Source: Gammaproteobacteria bacterium (GTDB taxonomy: Bacteria; Pseudomonadota; Gammaproteobacteria; Thiohalobacterales; Thiohalobacteraceae). From it: a DNA stretch of 64,000 nt. Where the stretch lies: NCBI GenBank assembly GCA_003695825.1, contig RFHK01000021.1, positions 642-64,641 on the forward strand, in the 5' to 3' direction. Position 1 is the stretch's first letter, and every line of letters starts with the position of its first letter. Both the position numbers and the translations under genes were made by a program. The notes under the pieces were generated by a model. That model made no database searches and was not told the origin of the DNA. It was given only the letters and a program-made list of their open reading frames with translations. Positions 43,134-53,678 of this stretch are shown one piece after another.

Positions 43134-46100
43134 ATGAGCCGCGCACCCGCCCGGCTGCCGCTGTTGGCCTGGATCATCGCCTGGATCCTCGCCTGGCTCC
43201 TCGCGGTACCGGCTGGCGCCGCCGAGGCACCTCGCCCGGCCGATGCGTCCCTGCAGGCCCTGCTCGACGAGCTCTCCTCCATGCAGGGCCTGGAAGAGGA
43301 GCAGCGCAACCGCGCCATGGCGCGTATCGGCGAGGCCCGGCACTGGATCGAAGAGGCCCGGCGGCTGCGCGCGGCCACGGCACGGTTGCAGCGGCAGGTC
43401 CGGGAAGGGAGCGCGGGCGTGAAAAAGCTGCGTGCCGAGGCCGAGCGCCTGCGCCGGCGTGCCCCGCCCGACTCCACCCGCCTCCAGCATCGCCCGCCCG
43501 GCGAGCTCGAATCCCGGCTCGCGACCGTCCAGTTGCGGGTGCAGGAGGCCAAGCAAGCCCTGGCCGAGGCGGACAAGACGCTCTCCGAGTACCTCACGGC
43601 CGCCACCCAGGGCGGCGAAGAGATCGCCGAGGTCCGCCGGCGCCTCGACGAGACCCGCAATGCGCTCAAGCACCTGGATCAGAACGTCGCCGACCCGCGG
43701 CTGGTCCCGGTCGAAAAGGCCTGGCTCGAGGCGCGGCGCGACTGGCTCGAGGCACGCCTCGAGCAACTCACCCTGCGCCAGGGCAACCTGGCCCTGCTGA
43801 CGGACTGGGCGCAGGCACGGCGCGACCTGCTGGCTGCCCAGCTCGAGTCCCTGCAGAAGGAGAGCGCGGCCCTGCGCGAGGCCCTCCAGGCACTCCGCCA
43901 GGCAGCCGCTGCCCGCGAGACCCGCCAGGCCCAGACCGCAGTACGCGAGACCCCGCCCGAGTTGCGCGGCCTCCAGCAGGAGATCACCCGCATGCTGGAA
44001 GAGAAACAGCGGGTGGTTCGCGACGAGGCCACCACCGCCGAACGCCTGGCGGCCAAGCGTGCACTCCTCGACGAACTGCGCAGCGACCGGGAGCGGGTGC
44101 GCCACCTGGTGGCCCTCGGGGGCCGCGGCAGCACCCTCTCCACCCTGCTGCAGAAACGGCTCGCCGCCCTGCCCTCGCCCCAGCAGTTGCGCCAGGAGAG
44201 CCTGCAGCTGCAACGTCGGCTGAACGCGGCGGTGATGCGTCAACTGGAACTCGACGAGCGCCTGCGCACCACCCGGGACCTGGACGCGGCCCTCGCCGAC
44301 CTGCTGGCACACACCCAGGAGAAGGTGGGCGCGACCCCCCGGGACCAGCTGCGCCGCGCCGCCCGGCGGCTGCTGCGCGAGCGCCGGGACACCCTCGCCG
44401 AGCTGCTCAAGGCCTACACCCGGTACATCAGCCGGCTCTCGGAGCTCGACGGCGACCTGCGCCAGCTCCAGGACCTGGTCGTCTCCTACCGCCGGTACCT
44501 CAACGAGCAGCTGCTCTGGATGCCCAGCGCGCGCCTGTTCCCCTTGCCTGACCCGCTGACCCTGCTGCGCGGGGCCCGATGGCACCTGCGCCCGAGCCTG
44601 CTGGTCGCGGCCGGCCGGGACCTCGTCCAGGGCGCCCACCAGCGTCCGGACCTCGCACTCCTCCTGGCCCTGCTCGTCCTGGTGCCCCTCGGGATGCGCA
44701 GCCGCCTGCGGCGCCACCTCGAACGCCTGGGAGAACGCACCCGCAGCGTCCGGACCGACCGCTGGGTGGCCTCGCTGTTGGCCCTGGGCGATACCCTGGC
44801 CCTCGCCCTGCCCCTCCCCGCACTGCTGGCCGGCCTGGCCTGGCTGTTGCGGCAACCGGACGCTGCGACCCTCGACTCGCGCATCCTCGCCGACGGCCTG
44901 GCCGCCGCGGGCCAGGTGCTGTTCGCCCTGACGTTCCTGCGGGTGCTGTGCCGGCCCCAGGGACTGGCCCTGCGCCACCTGCGCTGGCCGGAGGCCTTCT
45001 GCCACGCCTTGCGCCAGGAACTCATCTGGTTCCTGCCGCTGGCCACGACCCTCACCTACCTCGCCGGCAGCGGCGGCAGTGGAGAGGGTCGCCCGCCCGA
45101 GGTACTGCTCCTTGGCCGGGTGGCCTTCCTCGGCCTGATGCTCGCCACCATGGTCCTGATCTGGCGGCTGGGACGCCTGCGTGCCCCCGTGCTGCGGGAA
45201 CTCGCGCGGCGCCGCCACCCCGGGCCCTGGCTGCGCTACCACGCCCTCTGGTATCCGCTCGCCCTGCTGCTGCCGGCCGCCCTGATCGCCGCTAGCCTGG
45301 TGGGGTACTACTACTCCGCACGCTTTCTGGCCGAGCGGGTCCATCTCACGCTCTGGTCGGTGCTGGCCCTCTACATCGCGCGAGACCTGCTGCTGCGCGC
45401 ACTCGCCCTCACCCAGCGCCGCCTGCGGCTCGAGGAGGCCCTGCGCAAGCGGGAGGAACGCCGCCAGGCCGAGGCGGCCGGCGAGGCCGCCCCGGCGCCC
45501 CAGAGCGACAGCCTGATCGTCGAGGAACCCGAGCCCGACATCGGCCAGCTCAGCGCCCAGGTGCGCCAGCTCGTCCAGACCGGGTACCTGATCAGCCTGT
45601 TCCTCGTCATCTGGCTGATCTGGGCGGACGTGATCCCGGCCCTGCGTTTCCTCGACACCGTGACCCTGCCCATCACCACCTCCAAGACCATCGACGGCGT
45701 CCCGCGCGATGTCCCGCTGACGCTGGGCGACCTGCTCTCCGGGTTGCTGCTGGCGGCCTTCACCCTGCTGGTGGCCCGCAACCTGCCCGCGGTGCTCGAG
45801 CTCACGCTGCTGCAGCGGCTGCCGATCCCGCGCGGCGCGGCCTATGCCATCAAGGCCGTCTCGCAGTATGCCGTGGCACTACTGGGCATCCTGCTGATCT
45901 TCGGTTCACTCGGCCTGAAATGGTCCAGCGTGCAATGGCTGGTCGCCGCGCTCGGCGTGGGCCTCGGCTTCGGCCTGCAGGAGATCGTCGCCAACTTCGT
46001 CAGCGGCCTGATCCTGCTCTTCGAACAGCCGATCCGGGTGGGGGACGTGGTCACGGTCGAGGGCATCACCGGCACGGTCACCCGCATCCGTATCCGTGCC

Positions 46101-46538
46101 ACCACCATCGTCAACTGGGACCGCCAGGAACTGGTGATCCCCAACAAGTCCTTCATCACCGGCCAGCTCATCAACTGGACGCTGTCCGACACGGTCAACC
46201 GCGTGGTCATCACCGTGGGCATCGCCTACGGCAGCGACGTGGAACGGGCACTGGCCCTGCTCGAGGAGGCCGCGCGCGAACATCCCCTGGTCCTGGACGA
46301 TCCACCGCCCCGCGTCACCTTCGAGGAGTTCGGGGACAACGCGCTCACCCTGCGCCTGCGCGCCTACCTCGACGACCTCGACTACCGGCTGGCGATCATC
46401 ACCGACCTGCACCGCGCCATCAACGAGAAATATGCCCAGGCCGGTATCGAGATCGCCTTCCCGCAGCGCGACCTGCACCTGGATACAAAACAGCCGCTCG
46501 AGATCGTGCTGCGCGAGGAGGCGCGTAGGCAGAAGTGA
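43134..46538 (+). CDS. MscK/KefA-type large mechanosensitive channel
   Basis: 1134 aa. Signal peptide, long periplasmic coiled-coil region, about 11 TM helices, C-terminal MscS core (FGLQEIVANFVSGLILLFEQPIRVGDVVTVEGITGTVTRIRIRAT). Confidence 0.88.
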   Translation: MSRAPARLPLLAWIIAWILAWLLAVPAGAAEAPRPADASLQALLDELSSMQGLEEEQRNRAMARIGEARHWIEEARRLRAATARLQRQVREGSAGVKKLRAEAERLRRRAPPDSTRLQHRPPGELESRLATVQLRVQEAKQALAEADKTLSEYLTAATQGGEEIAEVRRRLDETRNALKHLDQNVADPRLVPVEKAWLEARRDWLEARLEQLTLRQGNLALLTDWAQARRDLLAAQLESLQKESAALREALQALRQAAAARETRQAQTAVRETPPELRGLQQEITRMLEEKQRVVRDEATTAERLAAKRALLDELRSDRERVRHLVALGGRGSTLSTLLQKRLAALPSPQQLRQESLQLQRRLNAAVMRQLELDERLRTTRDLDAALADLLAHTQEKVGATPRDQLRRAARRLLRERRDTLAELLKAYTRYISRLSELDGDLRQLQDLVVSYRRYLNEQLLWMPSARLFPLPDPLTLLRGARWHLRPSLLVAAGRDLVQGAHQRPDLALLLALLVLVPLGMRSRLRRHLERLGERTRSVRTDRWVASLLALGDTLALALPLPALLAGLAWLLRQPDAATLDSRILADGLAAAGQVLFALTFLRVLCRPQGLALRHLRWPEAFCHALRQELIWFLPLATTLTYLAGSGGSGEGRPPEVLLLGRVAFLGLMLATMVLIWRLGRLRAPVLRELARRRHPGPWLRYHALWYPLALLLPAALIAASLVGYYYSARFLAERVHLTLWSVLALYIARDLLLRALALTQRRLRLEEALRKREERRQAEAAGEAAPAPQSDSLIVEEPEPDIGQLSAQVRQLVQTGYLISLFLVIWLIWADVIPALRFLDTVTLPITTSKTIDGVPRDVPLTLGDLLSGLLLAAFTLLVARNLPAVLELTLLQRLPIPRGAAYAIKAVSQYAVALLGILLIFGSLGLKWSSVQWLVAALGVGLGFGLQEIVANFVSGLILLFEQPIRVGDVVTVEGITGTVTRIRIRATTIVNWDRQELVIPNKSFITGQLINWTLSDTVNRVVITVGIAYGSDVERALALLEEAAREHPLVLDDPPPRVTFEEFGDNALTLRLRAYLDDLDYRLAIITDLHRAINEKYAQAGIEIAFPQRDLHLDTKQPLEIVLREEARRQK

Positions 46539-46768
46539 GGCGTGAGGGGTGAGGGAGCTGGGAGCCGGGGGGGCTGGAAGACAGAAGACAGAAGTCAGAA
46601 GTCAGAAGTCAGAAGTCAGAAGACAGAAGTCAGAAGTCAGAAGACAGAATTCAGAAGTCAGAAGGGCTGAAACCAAAGGCCGATGCTGAATCTTCTGACT
46701 ACTTGCTCCCAGCTCCCAGCTCCCAGCTCCCAGCTTCCAGCTCCCAGCTTCCAGCTTCTGCTCACGCC
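46535..46768. repeat. composite heptamer-array element: 3x GTGAGGN, AGCTGGG/AGCCGGG, 12x (A/T)CAGAAG, spacer, then 7x CT(C/T)CCAG, ending in inverted GGCGTGAG termini
   Basis: Read directly. Sub-arrays at 46535-46555, 46581-46664 (12 units, exact period 7) and 46706-46754. It occupies the whole mscK/dcd convergent spacer, and both stop codons lie in GTGAG units. Confidence 0.9.
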
Positions 46769-47328
46769 TTCGGCAATGTCACGCCCCGCTGGCCCTGGTA
46801 CTTGCCACCGCGGTCGGCATAGGAGGTCTCGCAGACCTCGTCCGATTCCAGGAAGACCACCTGGGCGACGCCCTCGTTGGCGTAGATCTTGGCGGGCAGC
46901 GGCGTGGTATTGGAGAACTCGAGGGTCACGTGCCCTTCCCACTCGGGCTCGAGCGGGGTGACGTTGACGATGATGCCGCAGCGGGCGTAGGTGGACTTGC
47001 CCAGGCAGATGGTGAGCACGTTGCGCGGGATGCGGAAGTACTCCACCGTGCGCGCCAGGGCAAAGGAATTGGGGGGGATGATGCAGACGTCGGACTTGAG
47101 GTCGACGAAGCTGTCCTCGGAGAAGTTCTTGGGATCGACGATCGCCGAGTTGATGTTGGTGAAGATCTTGAATTCGTCCGCGCAGCGGATGTCGTAGCCG
47201 TAGCTCGAGGTGCCGAAGGAGATGACCCGTTCGCCGTCGAGGCTGCGTACCTGCCGGGGCTCGAACGGCTCGATCATCCCGTGTTCCTCCGCCATGCGGC
47301 GGATCCACTTGTCGGACTTGATGGACAT
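46762..47328 (-). CDS. dcd: dCTP deaminase
   Basis: [70 protein letters not shown]. 188 aa. Confidence 0.96.
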   Translation of the reverse strand: MSIKSDKWIRRMAEEHGMIEPFEPRQVRSLDGERVISFGTSSYGYDIRCADEFKIFTNINSAIVDPKNFSEDSFVDLKSDVCIIPPNSFALARTVEYFRIPRNVLTICLGKSTYARCGIIVNVTPLEPEWEGHVTLEFSNTTPLPAKIYANEGVAQVVFLESDEVCETSYADRGGKYQGQRGVTLPKA

Positions 47329-47332
47329 GTCA

Positions 47333-47526
47333 GTGAGGGGTGAGGCGTGAGGGGTTAGGCGTGAGATGTGAGGGGCTGGGCGGCCACGGAAACACACTGA
47401 AGGACGTCCGGCGCACGCGCTTTGCGCGGCGCCGTGGAAGCCAGGAAATTTTCCGTGCATTTCCGTGTGATTCCGTGGCCATCGAGGCTTTACTCCTCTC
47501 CTCTCGCCTCACCCCTCACACTTCAC
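47333..47526. repeat. palindromic intergenic element: 6x GTGAGGN, nested hairpins with 3x 10-nt TTCCGTG repeats, then 3x inverted NCCTCAC
   Basis: Read directly. Arrays at 47333-47374 and 47506-47526. A 16-nt inverted repeat ggccacggaaacacac / gtgtgattccgtggcc (47382-47397 and 47465-47480) matches 15 of 16. TTCCGTG occurs at 47451, 47461 and 47471. Confidence 0.9.
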
Positions 47527-47533
47527 GCATAAA

Positions 47534-48625
47534 TCAGTTGTTCTGAATGACGATCTTGGGGAACTTGGCCGCGTAGTTCTTGGCCTGCAGCGAGAGCCGG
47601 GCCGCGGCGCGGCGGGCGATCTCGCGGTAGATCTGGGCGATGCGCGAGTCGGGCTCGGCGACCACGGTGGGCTTGCCGGAGTCCGTCTCCTCGCGGATAC
47701 GGATGTCGAGCGGCAGGGCGCCGAGGAAGTCGACGTCGTACTGCTCGGACATCCGCTGGCCGCCGCCCTCGCCGAAGATGTGCTCCTCGTGCCCGCACTT
47801 GGAGCAGATGTGGATGGACATGTTCTCCACGATGCCGAGCACGGGCACCTCGACCTTCTGGAACATCTTGAGTCCCTTGCGGGCGTCCAGCAGGGCGATG
47901 TCCTGGGGCGTGGTGACGATGATGGCGCCCGAGACCGGCACCTGCTGAGCCAGGGTGAGCTGGGTGTCGCCGGTGCCGGGCGGCAGGTCGACGACCAGGT
48001 AGTCGAGATCGCTCCAGTTGGTGTCGTTGAGGAGCTGCTGCAAGGCCTGGGTGACCATGGGACCACGCCAGATCATGGGGGTCTCCTCGTCCACCAGGAA
48101 GCCGATAGACATGGCCTCGATGTGGTAGCTGACCATGGGCTCGAGCGTCTTGCCGTCCTTCGACTCCGGCTTGCCGTGGATGCCCAGCATGCGGGGCTGG
48201 CTGGGGCCGTAGATGTCGGCGTCCAGCAGGCCGACCTTCGCGCCCTCGGCCGACAGTGCGAGCGCCAGGTTGACGGCGGTGGTGGACTTGCCGACGCCGC
48301 CCTTGCCGGAGGCGACGGCGATGATGTTCTTGATGTTCTTGATGGGTTGCACGCCCTTCTGCACGGCGTGGGCGACGATCTGGGTGCGGAGCTCGATCTC
48401 CGCCTCGTCCACGCCCTCCACCGAGGTGACCAGCTCGGTGAGCTTGCGCCGGAGCTCCTCCAGGTAGCCCTTCGCCGGGAAGCCCAGCACCACCTCGACC
48501 TTCGCCTTGCCGTCGGCGACTTCGATGTTCTTGACCGCCTTGGCGCTGACCAGATCCTTCTGCAGGTAGGGATCGATGTAGTCCTTGAGCCTGGCTTCGA
48601 CCTGTTCGCGGGTTGCCTCTGCCAT
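47534..48625 (-). CDS. apbC: Fe-S cluster carrier ATPase ApbC/Mrp
   Basis: 363 aa from [11 protein letters not shown]-terminal DUF59-like domain, [20 protein letters not shown] deviant Walker A, CSKCGHE motif. Confidence 0.93.
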   Translation of the reverse strand: MAEATREQVEARLKDYIDPYLQKDLVSAKAVKNIEVADGKAKVEVVLGFPAKGYLEELRRKLTELVTSVEGVDEAEIELRTQIVAHAVQKGVQPIKNIKNIIAVASGKGGVGKSTTAVNLALALSAEGAKVGLLDADIYGPSQPRMLGIHGKPESKDGKTLEPMVSYHIEAMSIGFLVDEETPMIWRGPMVTQALQQLLNDTNWSDLDYLVVDLPPGTGDTQLTLAQQVPVSGAIIVTTPQDIALLDARKGLKMFQKVEVPVLGIVENMSIHICSKCGHEEHIFGEGGGQRMSEQYDVDFLGALPLDIRIREETDSGKPTVVAEPDSRIAQIYREIARRAAARLSLQAKNYAAKFPKIVIQNN

Positions 48626-48831
48626 TTCCACAAACCTCCAGTGATTCCTTGTCCGTCCGCCGGACGGCGGCTGCGCGACTGGCGCGGATTGTACACAAAT
48701 TCGCCGGGCGCCGCTCGCCTGCCGGCACGCCCCCGACCCGGCTGCTACTATGGCATAATCCCGGTTCCGGTGCGCGAACACGCAACCCCGTCAGGGTTTT
48801 GAATCCCCACGAAAAATACGGACGACCGCCG

Positions 48832-50880
48832 ATGACCGACAGAGCCCGCAAGATCCTCGTCACCAGCGCGCTGCCCTATGCCAACGGCCCCATCCACATC
48901 GGCCACCTGGTCGAATACATCCAGACCGACATCTGGGTGCGCTTCCAGAAGCTGCGCGGCCACGCCTGCTACTACGTCTGCGCCGACGACGCCCACGGCA
49001 CCCCCATCATGCTGCGCGCCCAGGCCGAGGGCATCACGCCCGAGGCGCTGATCGCGCGCGTGGGCCGCGAGCACCGGGACGACTTCGCCGACTTCCTCAT
49101 CGGTTTCGACCACTACCACAGCACCCATTCACCGGAGAACCGGGAACTGGTGGAGACCCTCTACCGGCGCAACCGGGACGGCGGCCACATCGCCACCCGC
49201 GTCATCGAACAGCTCTACGATCCCGAACGGGGCATGTTCCTGCCCGACCGCTTCATCAAGGGCGAGTGCCCGCGCTGCGGTGCCCCGGACCAGTACGGCG
49301 ATGCCTGCGAGGCCTGTGGCGCCACCTACAGCCCCACGGACCTCAAGCACCCGGTCTCCGCCGTCTCGGGCGCCACCCCGGTGCCGAAGGAATCCCTGCA
49401 CTACTTCTTCAAGCTGGGCGACTTCGAGCCCATGCTGCGGCGCTGGACCCGGGCGGGCCACCTGCAGGAGGAGGTGCAGCACAAGCTGGACGAATGGTTC
49501 GCCGAGGGGCTCAAGGAATGGGACATCTCGCGCGATCCGCCCTATTTCGGCTTCCGCATCCCGGACATCGAAGAAGAGAAATATTTCTATGTCTGGATGG
49601 ACGCGCCCGTGGGCTACATGGCCAGCTTCAAGGCCCTGTGCGCGCGCGAGGGGCTGGACTTCGACGCCTGGTGGGGGCCGGACTCCGACGCGGAGCTCTA
49701 CCACTTCATCGGCAAGGACATCATCTACTTCCATGCCCTGTTCTGGCCGGCCATGCTGGAGGGCGCCGGCTTCCGCAAGCCCACGGCCATCTTCGCCCAC
49801 GGCTTTCTCACCGTCGACGGCAAGAAGATGTCCAAGTCGCGCGGCACCTTCATCAAGGCCCGCACCTGGCTCGACCACCTCCCGCCCGAGCCGCTGCGCT
49901 ACTACTTCGCCGCCAAGCTGGGGCCGGGCATCGACGACATCGACCTGAACCTCGAGGACTTCGTGCAGCGGGTCAACAGCGACCTGGTGGGCAAGGTGGT
50001 CAACATCGCCAGCCGCTGTGCCGGCTTCATCCACAAGCGGTTCGGGGACCGGCTCGCGGAGGCCCTGCCCGCCCCCGACCTCTACGCCACCTTCCTCCAG
50101 GCCGGGGAGGAGATCGCGCGGCTCTACGAGGCCCGGGAATTCGGCCACGCCATGCGCGAGATCATGGCGCTCGCCGATGCCGCCAACCAGTATATCGACG
50201 AGCAGAAGCCCTGGGTGCGGATCAAGCAGCCCGATCAGGCCCCGGAGGTACAGGCGATCTGCACCCAGGGGCTCAACCTGTTCCGGGTGCTGATGGCCTA
50301 CCTCAAGCCCGTGCTGCCGGCCATGGCCGAGCGCGTGGAGGCCTTCCTGCGTTGCGCTCCGCTGACCTGGATCAATATCCGGGAACCGCTGCTTTCCCAT
50401 ACTATCGAGCGCTTCGAACCGCTGATGACGCGCATCGACCCGGAGCGGGTCGCGGCCGTGCTGGAGGCCTCGCGCGCGGACCTGGCCGCCGAGGCCCCCG
50501 CGCCGGCGGCCCCGTCCGCGTCGGCCGGCCCACCGGCGAAGGAACCGATCGCACCCGAAATCACGATCGACGACTTCGCGAAGGTGGACCTGCGCGTTGC
50601 GCGGATCGCGAAGGCGGAGCAGGTGGCAGGGGCCGACCGGCTGCTGCGGCTCGAGCTGGACCTGGGCGGCGAGACCCGCCAGGTTTTCGCCGGCATCCGC
50701 TCGGCCTACGCCCCCGAGGACCTGGTGGGCCGGCTGACGGTGATGGTGGCCAACCTCAAGCCGCGCAAGATGCGCTTCGGTGTATCGGAGGGCATGATGC
50801 TGGCCGCCGGTCCCGGCGGCAAGGACCTGTTCCTGCTGACCCCCGACGCCGGTGCCGAGCCCGGCATGCGCGTCCGGTGA
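48832..50880 (+). CDS. metG: methionine--tRNA ligase
   Basis: [33 protein letters not shown] zinc knuckle, KMSKSRG, C-terminal tRNA-binding domain ([14 protein letters not shown]..). 682 aa. Confidence 0.97.
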   Translation: MTDRARKILVTSALPYANGPIHIGHLVEYIQTDIWVRFQKLRGHACYYVCADDAHGTPIMLRAQAEGITPEALIARVGREHRDDFADFLIGFDHYHSTHSPENRELVETLYRRNRDGGHIATRVIEQLYDPERGMFLPDRFIKGECPRCGAPDQYGDACEACGATYSPTDLKHPVSAVSGATPVPKESLHYFFKLGDFEPMLRRWTRAGHLQEEVQHKLDEWFAEGLKEWDISRDPPYFGFRIPDIEEEKYFYVWMDAPVGYMASFKALCAREGLDFDAWWGPDSDAELYHFIGKDIIYFHALFWPAMLEGAGFRKPTAIFAHGFLTVDGKKMSKSRGTFIKARTWLDHLPPEPLRYYFAAKLGPGIDDIDLNLEDFVQRVNSDLVGKVVNIASRCAGFIHKRFGDRLAEALPAPDLYATFLQAGEEIARLYEAREFGHAMREIMALADAANQYIDEQKPWVRIKQPDQAPEVQAICTQGLNLFRVLMAYLKPVLPAMAERVEAFLRCAPLTWINIREPLLSHTIERFEPLMTRIDPERVAAVLEASRADLAAEAPAPAAPSASAGPPAKEPIAPEITIDDFAKVDLRVARIAKAEQVAGADRLLRLELDLGGETRQVFAGIRSAYAPEDLVGRLTVMVANLKPRKMRFGVSEGMMLAAGPGGKDLFLLTPDAGAEPGMRVR

Positions 50881-50937
50881 CGTCCTCGCCGCGCCCGCCG
50901 CTATAATGCGTAGACCGTCTGCAAGGAACCGCCGACC

Positions 50938-51519
50938 ATGAGCGAATACGCCCTCATCCTGGTCAGCACCGTGCTGGTCAACAATTTCGTCCTGGTGAAA
51001 TTCCTCGGGCTCTGCCCCTTCCTGGGCGTGTCACGCAAGCTGGAGACTGCCACCGGCATGGGCCTGGCGACGACGTTCGTGCTGACCCTCTCCGCCGTCT
51101 GCAGCTACCTGGTCGACAAGTATCTGCTCGCTCCCTTCGGCCTGGGCTACCTGCGCACCATCGCCTTCATCCTGGTCATCGCCGCCGTCGTGCAGTTCAC
51201 CGAGATGGTGGTCCACAAGACCAGCCCCCTGCTCTACCAAGTGCTGGGGATCTTCCTGCCGCTCATCACCACCAACTGCGCCGTGCTCGGCGTGGCGCTG
51301 CTCAACGTGCAGGAAGACCACGACCTCATGGAATCGGCCGTCTACGGTTTCGGCGCCGCCGTGGGCTTCTCGCTGGTCCTGGCCCTGTTCGCGGCCATCC
51401 GCGAACGCATCCAGGCCGCCGACGTTCCCCGTCCCTTCCAGGGGGCCTCGGCCGCGCTCATGACGGCCGGCATGATGTCACTCGCCTTCATGGGCTTCTC
51501 CGGGCTGATCAAGGTCTGA
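50938..51519 (+). CDS. rnfA: Rnf electron-transport complex subunit A
   Basis: 193 aa. [34 protein letters not shown]. Confidence 0.95.
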   Translation: MSEYALILVSTVLVNNFVLVKFLGLCPFLGVSRKLETATGMGLATTFVLTLSAVCSYLVDKYLLAPFGLGYLRTIAFILVIAAVVQFTEMVVHKTSPLLYQVLGIFLPLITTNCAVLGVALLNVQEDHDLMESAVYGFGAAVGFSLVLALFAAIRERIQAADVPRPFQGASAALMTAGMMSLAFMGFSGLIKV

Positions 51520-51522
51520 CCC

Positions 51523-52104
51523 ATGCTGCCGGCCATCCTCGTCCTCGCCACCCTCGCCGGCCTGCTCGGGCTGCTCCTGGGCTATGCCGCCGAGCGCTTC
51601 CGCGTGGAAGAGGACCCCATCGTCGACCAGATCAACGCCCTGCTGCCCCAGACCCAGTGCGGGCAGTGCGGCTATCCCGGCTGCCGGCCCTACGCCGAGG
51701 CCATCGCCTCGGGCGAGGCCGACATCAACCGCTGCGTGCCCGGGGGCGAATCCGTCATCCATGCCCTCGCCGACCTGCTGGGCCGTGACCCCAAGCCGCT
51801 GGCCGAGGACGTGGGCGAGGCGAAGGAAGGCAAGTACGTCGCGGTCATCGACGAGACCCAGTGCATCGGGTGCACGCTCTGCATCCAGGCCTGTCCCGTG
51901 GACGCCATCGTGGGCGCCGCCAAGCACCTGCACACGGTGATCGCCGAGGAATGCACCGGTTGCGAGCTGTGCGTGGCGCCCTGCCCGGTCGACTGCATCC
52001 ACATGGAACCGGTCAAGCCGGACCTCAATACCTGGAAGTGGCCTTCCCCGGCGGACCGCTGGATCGACATCACGCCCCCTGCCGCTGCGGAGTCGGCCGG
52101 ATGA
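51523..52104 (+). CDS. rnfB: Rnf complex subunit B (polyferredoxin)
   Basis: [21 protein letters not shown].. and 2x CxxCxxCxxxCP motifs. Confidence 0.93.
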   Translation: MLPAILVLATLAGLLGLLLGYAAERFRVEEDPIVDQINALLPQTQCGQCGYPGCRPYAEAIASGEADINRCVPGGESVIHALADLLGRDPKPLAEDVGEAKEGKYVAVIDETQCIGCTLCIQACPVDAIVGAAKHLHTVIAEECTGCELCVAPCPVDCIHMEPVKPDLNTWKWPSPADRWIDITPPAAAESAG

Positions 52105-53678
52105 GCTACGACTTCTCCCGACTGCACCGTTTCCACGGCGGCCTGGTGCTGGAGGAGCACAAGCGGGAATCCAGCGAGACGCCCATCGAGACCCTGCCGC
52201 TGCCGGATCTGCTGACCCTGCCCTTGCAACAGCACATCGGTGAGCCCGCCACCCCCATGGTGCGCGTGGGCGAGACCGTGGCCAAGGGCCAGCGCCTGGC
52301 CCGTCCCGAGGGCTACGTCAGCGTCCCCATCCACGCTCCGACCTCGGGCAAGATCGTGGCGATCGGGGACTTTCCGGTCCCCCATCCCTCCGGCCTCAAG
52401 GCCCCGTGCATCGTCCTCGAACCCGACGGCGAGGACCGCTGGTGCGAACCGGAGAACCCGATCGAGGATTACACCGCCCTGGACCCGAGCGCCCTGCGCA
52501 ACCGCATCCGGGACGCCGGGATCGTGGGGCTGGGCGGGGCGGGCTTCCCCAGCTTCATCAAGATGAACCCGGCCACCGGGCGTCCGATCGACCTGCTCGT
52601 CGTCAACGGTGCCGAGTGCGAGCCCTGGATCACCTGCGACGACCGCCTGATGCGGGAACGGGCCGAGGCGGTGGTCGGGGGGATCCATATCCTGCTCCAC
52701 GCCCTCTCGGCCGCGCAGTGCGCCATCGCCATCGAGGACAACAAGCCCGAGGCCATCGCCGCCATGCGCCGCGCGGTCGCGTCCGTCGGCGACGACCGCA
52801 TGCAGGTGGTCGAGATTCCGACGCTCTACCCGAGCGGCGGCGAGAAACAGCTCATCTACGTGCTCACCGGCCGGGAGGTGCCGTCGCAGGGCCTGCCGGC
52901 CGACATCGGCATCGTCTGTCACAATCCCGGCACCATCGCCGCCATCCACGATGCGGTCGTCCATCACCGGCCGCTGATCTCGCGCATCGTGACCGTGACC
53001 GGCGACGGCGTGAAGCGTCCGGCCAACGTGGAGGCGCTCATCGGGACCCCCATGGTGGACCTGATCGAGCACTGCGGCGGTTACACCCCCGGCGCGGACC
53101 GGCTGATCATGGGCGGTCCGATGATGGGCTATGCGCTGCCGGAGGACGACCTGCCGGTCATCAAGACCACCAACTGCCTGCTGGTGGCCACCCGCCGGAC
53201 CCTGCCGCTGCCCCCGCCCCCGCGGCCCTGCATCCGCTGCGGCGAATGCGAGCGCGTCTGCCCGGCCCGCTTGCTCCCCCAGCAGCTCTACTGGTACGCC
53301 CATGCGCGCGACTTCGATCGCATCCAGGACTACCACCTCTTCGATTGCATCGAGTGCGGCTGCTGCGCCCACGTGTGTCCGAGTCACATCCCGCTGGTGC
53401 AGTACTACCGCTACGCCAAGACCGAGATCTGGGAGATCGAACGGGAACGCCGCAAGGCCGAGCAGGCCCGCCAGCGCCACGAGGCACGCCTGGCCCGCCT
53501 CGAGCGCGAGAAGCGCGAACGCGAGGAACGCCTGAAGAAGAAACGCAAGGCCGTGCGCACGGACGGGGACCGGCGCAAGGCCGAGATCGCCGCCGCCCTG
53601 GAGCGGGCGCGCCGCAAGAAGGCCGGCGGCGAGGCGCAGGGTGCCGCAACGACACCGAAGGCACAGGGGGACGACTGA
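52101..53678 (+). CDS. rnfC: Rnf complex subunit C
   Basis: [15 protein letters not shown].., [38 protein letters not shown] / [15 protein letters not shown]-rich tail. ATGA overlap with rnfB. Confidence 0.93.
   Translation: MSYDFSRLHRFHGGLVLEEHKRESSETPIETLPLPDLLTLPLQQHIGEPATPMVRVGETVAKGQRLARPEGYVSVPIHAPTSGKIVAIGDFPVPHPSGLKAPCIVLEPDGEDRWCEPENPIEDYTALDPSALRNRIRDAGIVGLGGAGFPSFIKMNPATGRPIDLLVVNGAECEPWITCDDRLMRERAEAVVGGIHILLHALSAAQCAIAIEDNKPEAIAAMRRAVASVGDDRMQVVEIPTLYPSGGEKQLIYVLTGREVPSQGLPADIGIVCHNPGTIAAIHDAVVHHRPLISRIVTVTGDGVKRPANVEALIGTPMVDLIEHCGGYTPGADRLIMGGPMMGYALPEDDLPVIKTTNCLLVATRRTLPLPPPPRPCIRCGECERVCPARLLPQQLYWYAHARDFDRIQDYHLFDCIECGCCAHVCPSHIPLVQYYRYAKTEIWEIERERRKAEQARQRHEARLARLEREKREREERLKKKRKAVRTDGDRRKAEIAAALERARRKKAGGEAQGAATTPKAQGDD

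Noticed and set aside
42669-45344. 891-aa minus-strand ORF opposite the MscK-type gene
   Set aside because: It is antisense to a gene with a clear MscS core and coiled-coil architecture. The product is repetitive Q/G/A/P/E-rich with no motifs. This is a GC artefact.
46535-46768. Possible CRISPR array, given the regularly spaced short repeats
   Set aside because: The units are 7 nt and directly tandem with no unique spacers. There are no cas genes in the window. The same holds for the arrays at 9508, 39435, 47333 and 61921.
47330-47512. 60-aa ORF (and the plus-strand 47340-47546 ORF) inside the apbC-dcd spacer
   Set aside because: Both lie entirely within heptamer and palindromic repeats, have no RBS, and their translations merely reflect repeat periodicity.
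50877-50907. Possible sigma-70 promoter for rnf (GTGACG ... TATAAT at 50902-50907)
   Set aside because: The TATAAT hexamer is perfect, but the best -35 candidate is poor and sits 19 nt away. It cannot be supported without transcription-start data.
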